The position numbers were made by a program, and so were the translations under genes. From positions 2,272,158 through 2,336,157 of the forward strand of contig MU058781.1 in the NCBI GenBank assembly GCA_013265495.1: DNA of 64,000 nucleotides. The letters run 5' to 3'. The notes under the pieces were generated by a model that saw only the letters and a list, made by a program, of their open reading frames with translations, did no database searches and was not told the origin of the DNA. Origin of the DNA: Vicugna vicugna (Eukaryota). The stretch's first letter is position 1. The number at the start of each line of letters is the position of its first letter. Positions 50,546 through 61,735 of the stretch are shown piece after piece.

Positions 50546-52946
50546 GCCAGTCAGACTGTGAGCTCCTCCAGGATCTATCTGATACACCTCTGGACCCTCA
50601 GCACTATTCCAGATGCTAATAAAGATTTGTTTGCATAGATCAGTTCTGGTATTGTATTCCTAATATCTACCTGGGGTGGGGGTTCTCTAACCCTTGGGTT
50701 TCCTGACACCGGGTTACCACTCTCATCACCCAGTGCTGTATATATTTCTCTAGAAGCCCTGCTGCTTCTAAGTCAATATCATCCCCACTGTCTTCTGAAG
50801 GCTCTCTCCCCAATAAAAGGTAGGTGATTCTGGAAATAATTAAATGTGTGTGATTCCCAGTTGAAGCCAAGAATCAGGGAGACTTCCTTCCAGTGGACTT
50901 TGCATCCCTAGGAGCCCTTGTCCATTGTTGTACATACAGAATGAAGTGTTTCACTCATTGGACTGTTTATACAACATCTAAGAGCACTTGTTTTTCTCAG
51001 AGGTCACTGTGGCTGCCCTGCTTTTGAAAAACTAGAACATTTATTAAAGGTTCTGATCTGAAGTCTGTTTGGTGAGAACAGCCACCAAACCAAGCCAACT
51101 CGGAAAGGCATTCAAATCTTTTTTTTTTTAATTTAATCAATGAGAACTTTCCTGGCCCATCACTTTGCTTGTTGCATTGGGAAACCTGATTCAGATCTGC
51201 CTTTTCTTGGATCTATAGCTCTGCTTTCACAGTGGAATGCGATGTTCTGTGTTGATCTTCTCGTACTCACTCAGAGGAGCAGAGTTCTCTGTTGGTAGTT
51301 TTGATGGTGCATTTTCAGTTGGGAGGCCAAAGAACTTTTCCTGTTTACAAGCATGAAACTGACTCACATTGTTTTAAAAGTTTAAAGCAGGAAAGAACCC
51401 TTTCAGGCCAGTTAATTCAACCTCTTCATCTTTCAAATGAGAAAAATTAAAGCACATAGAGGTTAAAGGACTTGCCCCAAATCACACAGATGTTTGCAGG
51501 AGAGCAATGACCAGAAAACAAGTCTCTTAACAGGCAAGCCAGTGAGCTTTCACTGTTTCTTGAATTGCATTGTTTTATACCCAAGTTCCAGAATTTTCAG
51601 ATGAATATCTCTTGCTTGAATTAGTTTGTGAATATTTGATTGTGTAAGATCTGATGAAGTTATTAAAGAGAAACTGTCTACCTAAGAATGCCTTTTTTAG
51701 ATTCTACATCAGATTTCACATTTTGCAAATGCTGTGTTAATCAGAAATGCATAAATTTTGTCATAACTCAGATATTTCAGATAGATTTTATATGTTGAAT
51801 TGATCAACAAGGTTAAAAAATGTCTTCAGTACAGATTCAATCAGCACATTCCATTTTCAATCTTTTGAAACTCTCATATGAATGCCTGTTTTCCTGGGAA
51901 ATTCACTGCAAGAAGACCAGAGGGTTATCTTGTTTTAGCAGTCTGTATAGTACCATTTATGAGTCATCTATATTCGTAAACTATACTCTGATTTTCTGAT
52001 TTTCTAATAATTATAATCTGCTGAAAGAGCAGCATTGAAGTCCCTAACAATAATTATGGATTAGACTGTCTCTCCTTTCAGCTCTATCAGTTTTTAATTT
52101 ACATATTTGAGACTCTGTTATTTGGTACATATATATTTAGGATTATTGTGTCTTCCTGGTGATTAATCCTCTTAACACATTATGTAGCATTTCTCTTTGT
52201 CTCTAGTAAGTTTCTTTGCTCAGATAGAGTCTACCTTATCTAATATTGATATTATTATTCCTTATTTTTTTAAATTAATGTTTACATGGTACATATTTTT
52301 TTTAATCTTTTACAGTCAGTCTACATATTTTGTTGAAATTAAGGTGAGTTTCTTATAAAGAGCTTAGATGACTTGTGAGGTTTTATTAAGCCACTGTCCC
52401 AGTCTCTGCCTTTTAATTGTTGTATTTAGATATTTACACTTATGGTAGTTGTTTAATATATTAGGACTTAAATATTTCATTTAATTATTTGTTTTCTCTT
52501 TGTTTCTTCTGGTTTTTTTTTTTTGTACTTCTGTTCCTCTTTTCTTGTCTACTGTATGTTAATTGAACACTTCTTGGGATTCCACTTTGGTTTAGTTATA
52601 GTATTTTTGAGTGTATCTCTTTGTATAGTTTTCTTAGTGATTGCTCTGGGTATGACAATATACATGTGACTTATTAAGCCTACTGACATTAACAATTTAC
52701 CACTTCAGTTGAGGTGTGGACTCCTTACTTCCATTTTAGTCTTTTACTTTTCCTACTTTTAAATATCATAATCTTGAGAATCAGATGATGTTACAATTTT
52801 TGTTCTACTCATTAAATATGATTTATAAAACTCATGAGAAGAGTTAGTCTATTGTATGTACCATACTTCTGCTCTTTACATTATCCTTTTATCCCTTCCA
52901 ATGCTTCAAGTTTCAATCTGTTATCATTGTCTTTCAGTTTGAATTA

Positions 52947-53767
52947 TAATCATCCCTTAGGATCTTTGGGGCATTGGTTCCAAGGCTCCTACAGATACCA
53001 AAATCCAAGGATACTCAAATTTCTTATATCAAATGGTGTAGTATTTGCATATAAACTATGTACATCATTTTGTAGACTTTAAATCTTCTCTGGATTACTC
53101 ATAACACCTAATACAATATAAATGCTATGTACAGGCACACTTTGAACATATTGCATGTTCAGTTTCAGACCACCACAATAAAGGAAATATCATAATAAAG
53201 TGAATCACATGCTGGGTTTTTTTTTGTTTTCCCAGTGCATGTAAAAGTTATGTTTATACTATACTATAGTTTATTTAGTGTGCAATAGCATTATTTCTGA
53301 AAGAATGTACATACCATAAATAAAAAATACTTTATTGCTAAAAATACTAACCATCATTGGAGCCTTCAGTGAATTGCAGTAGAAACTCAAAAATTACTGA
53401 TCACAGATCACCAAACAAATATAACAATAATGAGAAATATTATGAGAATTATCAAGATGTGACAGAGATACACAAAGTGAGCAAGTGCTCTTGGGAAAAT
53501 GGCACTGACAGACTTGCTTGATGCAGGGTTGCCATAAATCTTCAATTTGTGAAAAATGCAGTCTGTGCAAAGTGCAATGAAGCAAAGTGCAATAAAATGA
53601 GATATGCCTGTAAATAGTTGTAAATACAATGTAAATGTTATGTAAATAATTGCTGTGTGGCAAATTCAAGTTTTGGTTTTTGGAACTTTCTGGAATTTTT
53701 TTTCAAATACTTTTGATTTGCAGTTGAATCTGCAGATGTGGAGCCCATAGATATAGAGGGCTGACTG
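52947..53767. mobile_element. MER2/MER2B-like Tigger MITE, split by Tigger1
   Basis: taatcatcccttaggatctttggggcattggttcc ... gatatagagggctgactg, flanked by TA on both sides. Confidence 0.85.
53132..53610 (-). mobile_element. Internally deleted Tigger1 (non-autonomous, both ends present)
   Basis: caggca...tgcctg TIRs; reverse strand begins caggcatatctcattttattgcactttgcttcattgcac (Tigger1 5' end); TA TSD at 53130-53131 and 53611-53612. Confidence 0.9.
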
Positions 53768-55500
53768 TATCTCCTTTAGCCATTTTTTTAAGGGCAAGTC
53801 TGCTAGTAACAAAATTCTTTAAGTTTTCCTTCATCTGAGAATGTCTTTATTTCCCTTTCATTCCTGAAGAATAGCTTTGTGAGATATAGAATTCACTGTT
53901 GACAGTTCTTTTCTCTCAGCACTTGAAAAATACTGTGTAATTTCCTTCTGGCCTCCATGGTTTCAGATAAGAAATGTGCTTTTATTTGAATTTGTGTTCC
54001 CTTATGGTTAATGTGTCATTTCTCTCTTGTTGCTTTAAAGGCTGTTTTTAGTTTTCAGAAGTTTATTTATGCTGTGTTGTGGCTTGAATTTCTTTGGTTT
54101 ATCATATTTGAAGATTGTGCATTTTCTTAAATCTGTAGATTTGCATCTTTCACCAAATTTGAGAAATTTTCAGCCAGTTTTTTGAGTACTCTTTCAATCT
54201 AACTCTTTTTCTGCTCTCCTTCTGGGATTTTAATGATACGAATTTTGGACCTTTAATTGTTGTCCCACAGTTCCCTGAGCCTCTGTTAATGTTTTTTTCA
54301 GTCTATTTTCTCTCTGGTTTTCAACTTGAGTAAATTGCTCATGAAATTTGTTGATTCTATCTTCTGTTATCTCCACTCTACTATTGAGCTCATCCAGTAA
54401 GGTTTTATTTCTGTTACTGTATCTTTCAGTTCTATAATTTCAATTTGGTTCTTTTTATAGCTTCTATTTCTTTGTTGATATTTTCTATTTTTCATTTGTT
54501 TCAAGAGAATTTTTAATTGTTCATTAAAGCATTTTTATAATAACTTCCTTAAAATCTGTGTCAGATAATTCCAATATCTGATTCATTTTTGTGTTGGTGG
54601 CAGTTATCTTTTTTTATTCAAGCTGTGCTTTTTATTGTTCTTGGTATGGCCAGGATCTACAGTTGTATCCTAGACACTTTGATTATTCTCTTAAAGAGAT
54701 AAATAGGACTCAGAGACTTTTTATTTTAGCAATCAGTTACCCTGTTTAAGGTTAGCCTACAGGTCCTGGCATGACTTTTGTATGCTATGGTTCCAATGAC
54801 AATTTAATTTCCTAAACCTTGTGATCTACCTTGATTGCTTTGTTAATTCAATGCCACTGAGACTTTCAATATGATGCCCAAAAATATCTCCAGACACTAC
54901 CCAAAATCCCTAGGAATAAGATCACCCCCAGGTAAGGACCATTAATCTATAGAAACCAGAAGAATTTGATGTCCTCTGTGTAGAATAGGCCATAGACCTG
55001 TGGGGACTGGGGAATATATTCTTCCCTAAAGCCTTATGGAAGCACTTTAGGATCCCAGTCTGTGTATACATGCACTAATTCATTTGGGTTGAGATGACGA
55101 AAAAGCCTTATTTACCTCTTCCTACATCCCAAACCTGTATTCAGGGAGGATATTGATAATGGCTCTAACAGTGAAACAGAATTTGATTTCCAGTATAACT
55201 CAGCTCAGAGGTTAATCTAGCCCTTGACAAACAAGTGGTCTTTATTAAAGAATTGCAGCTATCAAGTTTCAGTGTGAAATCCTGTTAGCATTGCATATAT
55301 AGTATGCATGTTTATATATTCTGCTTTAAGACATCTGCCAAAGATTGTTATCAGATACATCTTTTTTCTTGTTAGTTGGTTTTCTTCTTATTTCTGCATT
55401 GCTGAAATGACATCACACGACCTTTTGAAAGTTTTTGCTTTTCTGCGTGGAAACATAGGACAGTGTTTCATAAAAGCAAGAAGAAGATTGCTGTGCTCTT

Positions 55501-55588
55501 AAAAAAAAAAACAAGCAAACAAACAAAACAACAACAAAAAAACTCTTAAAAAAAAACCAAAAAAAATCAAAAAAAAGAAAAAAAACAA
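55501..55588. repeat. A-rich low-complexity tract
   Basis: Runs of A interspersed with C, G and T. Confidence 0.9.
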
Positions 55589-56794
55589 CTATATGAACTG
55601 CCAGATTGTTTATTGCAGAGTTGACTCATTTGGCCAAAAGGAGTTGTTTTGGTTAATCATTTACTTGACTGCCTTCTGAATAGAAATGCCATCCTCAACC
55701 TGCATGAAAATGAAATGAAACTTCACAGAACATTTGTTTGCAAAATGACTAAAGTTTAAGGTCAAATATGTTGGCCTCCTTGGCATTTTCTGCCTGCCGA
55801 GCAAGTCTGAATCATTACATATTAAGTATTCGTCTAGAATTGCTTCACATTATCTGGTTGGTTGAGGTGCGTTTTCCACTGTTCTCCTCTAGACCATTCA
55901 TAGCATTTTGGGCTACTCAATGTGACTCCAGTTTTTATTGGTACCTAATAAATCACATGCCAATACAGAGTAAATTCAGCATCTCTCTCTTACCTTCAAC
56001 AACAGTAGATTTCTTTGAAACCTGGCCTGCTCAGGATAAGAATGTTTTATAGATTGTGAGCTCCTGGAGGACAGAAGTGCAGCTGCTTCTCAGCTGGTTA
56101 GAGGGAATGTCTCTTCCTGACCATCTGATCCAGTACCAACCCTTTATATATTTGTTTTTAAAGACGTCAAATTTTTTCCCATGTTATTCTGCCTTTTCCC
56201 CTTCTCTGCCCACCTTCCAAGATTCAGAGAAAATAATGTTGAAATGATTTGGAAAAGGCCTACATAGGGAGTAACTGAAGCCTGGCCACTTGTCCTCAAG
56301 ATTATCCTCAAATCGTGAGACTTCCTTGCCAGTGAACTTACTTGAAGTTCTGGGGAGCTGAGTTTTTTTGTGTTCTTGGAAACAGTGAATGTTTCACTGT
56401 AAGCCTAATGATTCCCTCCCTATTGTGGTAATAACATAAAACAGTTTTCACATCGTTTTTGGCTTTTTAGTGGAGTCAGTGTGAGCATCCCTGTTTCCAT
56501 CAATCTGGCTGTAGCTTTCAAAGTGAGCACTGGCTCAGGAGCTAAGACAGAACACACTTGGCCTAGAAGCCACTGGGCAAAGTGCCAAGTAGGAAAACCC
56601 AGCCCTCAGTCCTGGCTATGCCATTTTTCTACCATCAGTGGCATCTTTATGGGGATACTAAGAGAGAGAAGATGACTGAGGAAATGTTTGGATTGTGGAT
56701 GATTTGAGTGGCCCTCAGATTGCTTTCCGTTTGGTGAGGTTTGCAATTAAATGTTGGCTTCTAAAGAAGCATGGACTCCAAAGTGAAAAGAGGC

Positions 56795-57030
56795 AAAGTG
56801 GCCAAGAGTGTGGGCTCCAAAGTCAGTGTACCCTGCTTCAAATCCTAGTTTCACTTCTCCACATCTGTGTGACCATGGGCAAGTTTATGAAACTCTGTGC
56901 TTGGTTTCTTCAACTGTGAAATGGTGATAATAATAGTGCCCAACTCATAGCATGGCGATGCAGATAGAATGAGACAGGACATGTGAAGTGCTGAGGATAG
57001 AACTTTAAGGTCATAAGTTCTCAATAAGCC
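56795..57030 (+). mobile_element. MIR SINE
   Basis: ttcaaatcctagtttcac...ctgtgtgaccatgggcaagttt...ctgtgaaatggtgataataatagtgcc. Confidence 0.8.
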
Positions 57031-57457
57031 TTAGGTTTTATGATAGGGAGTACTCACAGCCTGTCACTCCTCACAGCCACCACCTGATCAGAATGCCTGC
57101 CTGACTCTCAACAAGTACCTGATCACTGGGAAGTATGGTTATAGGAACAACTTTTGCAGTGTCCCTGGAGACATGGTTTGGATGCTAAATATATCAGTAG
57201 ACTCTTCATTGTAAGCAGCTTGAATTCTTTCCAGAAAACATTCGATGGGAACAATTTTGAAACATATTTCAGAGTTCTCTTAAGGCCAAAGTTAGCTTTA
57301 AACTGAAAAGAAAAGTTACTTCTCTTGACCTGGGGCTTTCCAGTAAGACTGTAACAACTCAGAATTCCCCACTGCCCCCTGCTAAGTTTCTTAGGAATTG
57401 AAAAGACCAACTGAAATAGACCTAAAGTCCAAGGTTTGTGGATTATCATCACCTCTT

Positions 57458-57520
57458 TGTATATGTGTGTGTGTCTGTGTCTGTGTGTGTGTGGCTTTGT
57501 GTGCGTGTGTGTGTATGTAT
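57458..57520. repeat. Imperfect (TG)n microsatellite
   Basis: tgtgtgtgtgtctgtgtctgtgtgtgtg... Confidence 0.85.
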
Positions 57521-58143
57521 GGGGGCAGGTTTATGTAAGCAAGGGTGGGTAGGAAGAAAAGCAAACACTCATTGTGGAGTTGGCTGGTATCTTTGTTTTG
57601 ATCCAGGGGGATGCTGAGTGATCATTAAAAGTGTCTTCTGGTAACAGAGAGAAATATGGAAAAATTAAAGTGTGTTCAACTGGTTACCAAATTTTGAAGC
57701 CTCAGAAAACTAATTTGAATGCATAAAGCAAGTATTGTCTAATTAGAAATATTTTCTTCTTAAGAAATCAGATACCAGAGTGATTGTTAATCAGTGATGG
57801 AGGTAAGTGTGCATGACTCTAATGGACCACACAGAGGCCCAAGTATCCTAGGAGTTCTCTGTGTTTGAGAAGTAGGGGAACAACCCTCAGTACCTCTGAG
57901 ATCATAAAACAGAAAGAAAGGGGAAGAAGTCCTTTCATCTCCCATTTTCTCTGCCCTTCCACTCCCATCCCCAGCTCAGCAGGGAGACAAAGGGACGCTG
58001 AGTTACAGCTCTTTCACAAACTCTACAGAAGAGGGAGTCCCTGTATCCAGGCCTATAGCTTCTGAGGAGGTGCTCTGGGAGCCCTCAGTGAGCTTGCATT
58101 AAATAGTCAGAGCAGAACGTTTCAGCTCCCCATCCTGGATGGA

Positions 58144-58480
58144 TGCTATGGACTGAATGTTTGTGTCCTCATAAAATTCACGTCCCCAGTCTGATGGTAT
58201 TTGGAGATGGGGGCTTTGGGGGTGTAAACAGGTCATGAGGATAGAGCTCTCACAATGGAATTACTACTCTTATAAGAAGAGACAGGAGAGAGTTGTCTTC
58301 CTCTCTCTGTCTCTGCCTTGTAAGGATGCAATGAGAAGACAGCTATCTGCAAGCCAGGAAGTGGGTTCTTACTGGACACTGGATCTGTTGACACCTCAAT
58401 CTTGGACTTCCAGCATCCAAAACAAATTTCTCCACCAGTCTATGGTATTTCTGTTATAAAAGCCTGAGCTGTCTAAGACA
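58144..58480 (+). mobile_element. MLT1A-like MaLR solo LTR
   Basis: tgctatggactgaatgtttgtgtcc ... gtctatggtatttctgttata...ctaagaca. Confidence 0.88.
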
Positions 58481-59007
58481 GTTGGGTATACACACTCCAT
58501 CTTCCCTTCACTTCTTTAAGTGGGAAGCGACATGTTGACCATGTGAGACCAAATGATGGTAGATCCATTTGGCCTGGTATGCACTGAGCCTGGGTGAGGA
58601 TTAGAACTGAGAGCACCTTCAACTGCCTAAGAAAAGGAACAAGATAAGGAAGGAAATGGAACTTACCCTCTGAAGAACTAAAACTGTAATTATTAGACAT
58701 TGGCCATTTAAAATTACTATAACATGATTTTCATTAATTTGTTAAAACAGATATATCATGCACATAAACAATGATGTGCTAATGTGTATTAAGCATATAA
58801 ATGGCCCATGCACGACCAAAGCACTTTGCACATATTCTCTCAATTTTTTCTTTCCTACAACGCTCTAAAGCAAGTACTGTTGTGCCATTTTACAATTCAG
58901 GAGGCCACATCTGAGGGTATGAGTGGTTAACTTATCCAAGGACACAGTAATAAATAACAGACTGGGGACTTGAAGCCATTTCTGTCTGACTCAGAAACCC
59001 ATTATCA

Positions 59008-59085
59008 TATGGGGACTCTGTGTACTTGCCTTGCAACTATTCCTTGAATCTAAAATCATTCCAAAATAAAAAGATTATTTAAAAA
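59008..59085 (+). mobile_element. 78-bp L1 3'-terminal insertion with a 13-bp TSD, at the edge of a MIR
   Basis: tctgtgtacttgccttgcaactattccttgaatctaaaatcattccaaaataaaaag plus an A tail; TSD aaacccattatca at 58995-59007 and 59086-59098. Confidence 0.8.
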
Positions 59086-59295
59086 AAACCCATTATCAAA
59101 ATTGCTCTACTGTGCTACTATTTCAAATAATGTATGAGAGTTTTGCTTTGTTTGTATGCTAAATTTCCTGGAAATTTTGAAAAATAATGTGTTACATTTT
59201 CGCCTGGGGATCCTTCCCAAAGTATTTTTCTTGTACTTCTTCATGTAAAGCACTCAGAGCTTGCCACCTGGAAAGCTCCCAGTAAATATTAGTCG

Positions 59296-59331
59296 TCATC
59301 ATCATCATCATCATCATCACTATCACTATCT
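59296..59331. repeat. (CAT)n microsatellite
   Basis: tcatcatcatcatcatcatcatcactatcactatc. Confidence 0.9.
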
Positions 59332-60114
59332 TCACAAATAATCATTGTTACATTACCTTTTAAACATCAGTGAGCATATTCATCTCTCCTACTAGACCGT
59401 GAATGGCTCAAGAGTAGGGACCACGTTAGGTGCTCAGTAACATTTTATAAAACAAATCCCTGTGCTCACAATTAGATCTTTCAGCAGTGAATCTTCAAAC
59501 TGACAGGGAATTTGTTTCTGTTTCTGTTTCGAATTCAGCTTTGCCCTGGGGGGAAAGGAATGTTGCCAAAGTGCTGTGCTCTCCATGACTCTTGGCCACT
59601 TTGTAAGAGAAGTCCTGTTGCTCCATCCAACTGGTGCTGGGGGTACAGATGCGACCCATTCCAAATATAGCTTTCCTCATGCATATATCATCCTTCAGCT
59701 CTAACTCAGGTATCCTCTCTGCTGTCCTGCACATCAAGGGAAAATCTACAAATGAGAACAAAATTAGTGTGACCTGCATGCTTTATGGACACAATTTAAA
59801 AGGGGTCAAATTGTCTTTTCTTGCTGGCATGTTAAATGTTTCTTATGCCATGTCCCCATTTTCACTAAATGCCAACAACTGTTTTTAAATTCCTGGGAGT
59901 TAGGAAGATTGCGGGCATAGTTCCAGAAGCCTGATGCATCAGGAAATGCAAACTCTGAAAAACAAGTTTTCACTGAGGCTTTGCTGAGCTAGCATACTCT
60001 GTGTATTCACTGAGATGGCAGGCCCCATCACGTGAGTTTGCTCAACCAACTGGTGATTGACTAGGGTACTGTTTTAAAAGATGTTAGTTCTAAGTAATTG
60101 CTGGAAATACCCTC

Positions 60115-60322
60115 TAGCTCAGCACTATCCAACAAAACTTTCTGCAGTGATGGAGGTTTCTGTATCTCTGCTGTCCAGTAAGGTAGCCACAAGCCACATG
60201 TAGTTATTAAGCCCTTGAAATATGGGTAGTGCGACTGAGGAATTGTTTTATTTATTTTAACTTAATTGAGATTTGACTGGCCTCACGTGGCTAGTGGCTA
60301 CCATATTGGGTAGTGCAGCTCT
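60115..60322. mobile_element. MER3 hAT-Charlie MITE
   Basis: actatccaacaaaactttctgcagtgatgg...ggtagccacaagccacatg...cacgtggctagtggctaccatattgg. Confidence 0.85.
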
Positions 60323-60433
60323 GGGTGAACAACTCTGTCCTGGTTTGCTCAGGACTGAGGGGCTTCCTGGGATGCAGGACTTTCATTGTTAAAAGAAGAC
60401 AATCCCAGGCAAACTAAGACAGCTAGTCACCCT
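60323..60433. mobile_element. MER94-like hAT-Blackjack MITE
   Basis: gggtgaacaac...gtcctggtttgctcaggact...tcccaggcaaactaagacagctagtcaccct, with gggtga/tcaccc termini. Confidence 0.75.
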
Positions 60434-61610
60434 AAAATAGATCCTTTTGTATGTAAAATATGTTTGGTATTTTTGGAAGTGAGAATTATACATGTGCTAG
60501 TCATAGTGTAGAGTCAAAGGGAGAGAAATGGAGAGGCAATATAAAGAACTGAGAGTTTTTCCTTCCCAAGCAAAATTCAAATAAAATATTGTTTCAAATG
60601 AATGAATAGATGAGATAACAGAGTTGATTCTTAAAACTGAAGTAGTCAATTTAAAACTGCAATAAAAATATAAATACAGAACACACCAACAAGACACTCA
60701 TCCTCAGACTACTGTAGGAAAATACCAGTAACCTGATGACAATATTTTGAATCCCACTCACGTGGGAAAGTGGAAGATAACTGGTGAGTTCATGAAAAAT
60801 CACAACTGCCTTGACTTCCTCTTCCAGGCAAGAGTGCAGTTAAGAACCCTTAGAAGTTTTTTCTTGGATCTGCTTCTCCTGGGAAAGGCTTCTCTACCCC
60901 AGCATCTTATCTACCTGCCAACCAGAGTGCCTGAAACTCACCAGTGAATTGAATTCCTCTAGGGTAAACACTGTCCTTTATTAAAATACAGATAATTCTA
61001 AGAGAGGCCACATAGGACCATATATTAGTGTCATTATAATTTTTAAGTTTTCCTGATTGATCTCAACTATCAAGATGCTGAAGGAATGAAATAAAGCAGT
61101 GGTCTCCAGACACTTTTGATTGTGTATCTGTATAAGCAAAAATGTTGAGCTGTGTCCCCAGCATATGTATATTTATTGGTAATTACTGTTTCCATACATT
61201 TTGATAAAACATGTTTTTATATTTTGAAGAAGTCCACTTTTTATTTTGTTTTATTTTGCTTTGCTTTTCTCATATCTCTAGTTCATTTGACCTAAATTGG
61301 TACCCATATTAAGATGTATTTTTAATGTCAGTCATACTGGTTACCTGAATCACAGTGGCTTTAAAAGTAATGATATCTTGGGTGTCTTTGTGTCATTAAG
61401 GAGAGTTAAAAATTACCCTATCTCAGCATTCTAGCATTTATTACTTAGATTTTTATTTAATCCACTCTTGGGCATTTCTTTTTCTTGTCATTGGGTCATT
61501 GGAGGATGATGGTGAAGACTAAAGCTACAGTTGCTGAGATAAATATTAGAATGAAATCAAGGCCTTAGGTCTGGTTCCTTTATGAACCAGTTTATTTGCA
61601 ATCTTGCTGT

Positions 61611-61735
61611 CAGTGGTTACCAAACTTCATTGTGCATAAGAATTAGTTGGGAATCTTGTTACCAAATTCCTGATTCCACCCCAGGAGATTCTGTTTCAAT
61701 AGGTTTGGGAAGAATCAGCATTTGTAGTAAGGCTC
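61611..61735. mobile_element. MER5-family MITE fragment
   Basis: cagtggttaccaaactt...gcataagaatt...ccccaggagattctgtttcaataggtttggg. Confidence 0.65.

Larger units (their letters stand above)
51960..54830 (-). mobile_element. Ancient L1M (ORF2-region) fragment hosting nested DNA transposons
   Basis: T-rich antisense L1: gcattgaagtccctaacaataattatggattag...catctgagaatgtctttatttccctttcattcctgaag...ctctcagcacttgaaaaat. Confidence 0.85.

Noticed and set aside
55501..55588. Poly-A tail of a processed pseudogene
   Set aside because: No recognisable mRNA body upstream and no clear TSD; treated as low-complexity sequence.
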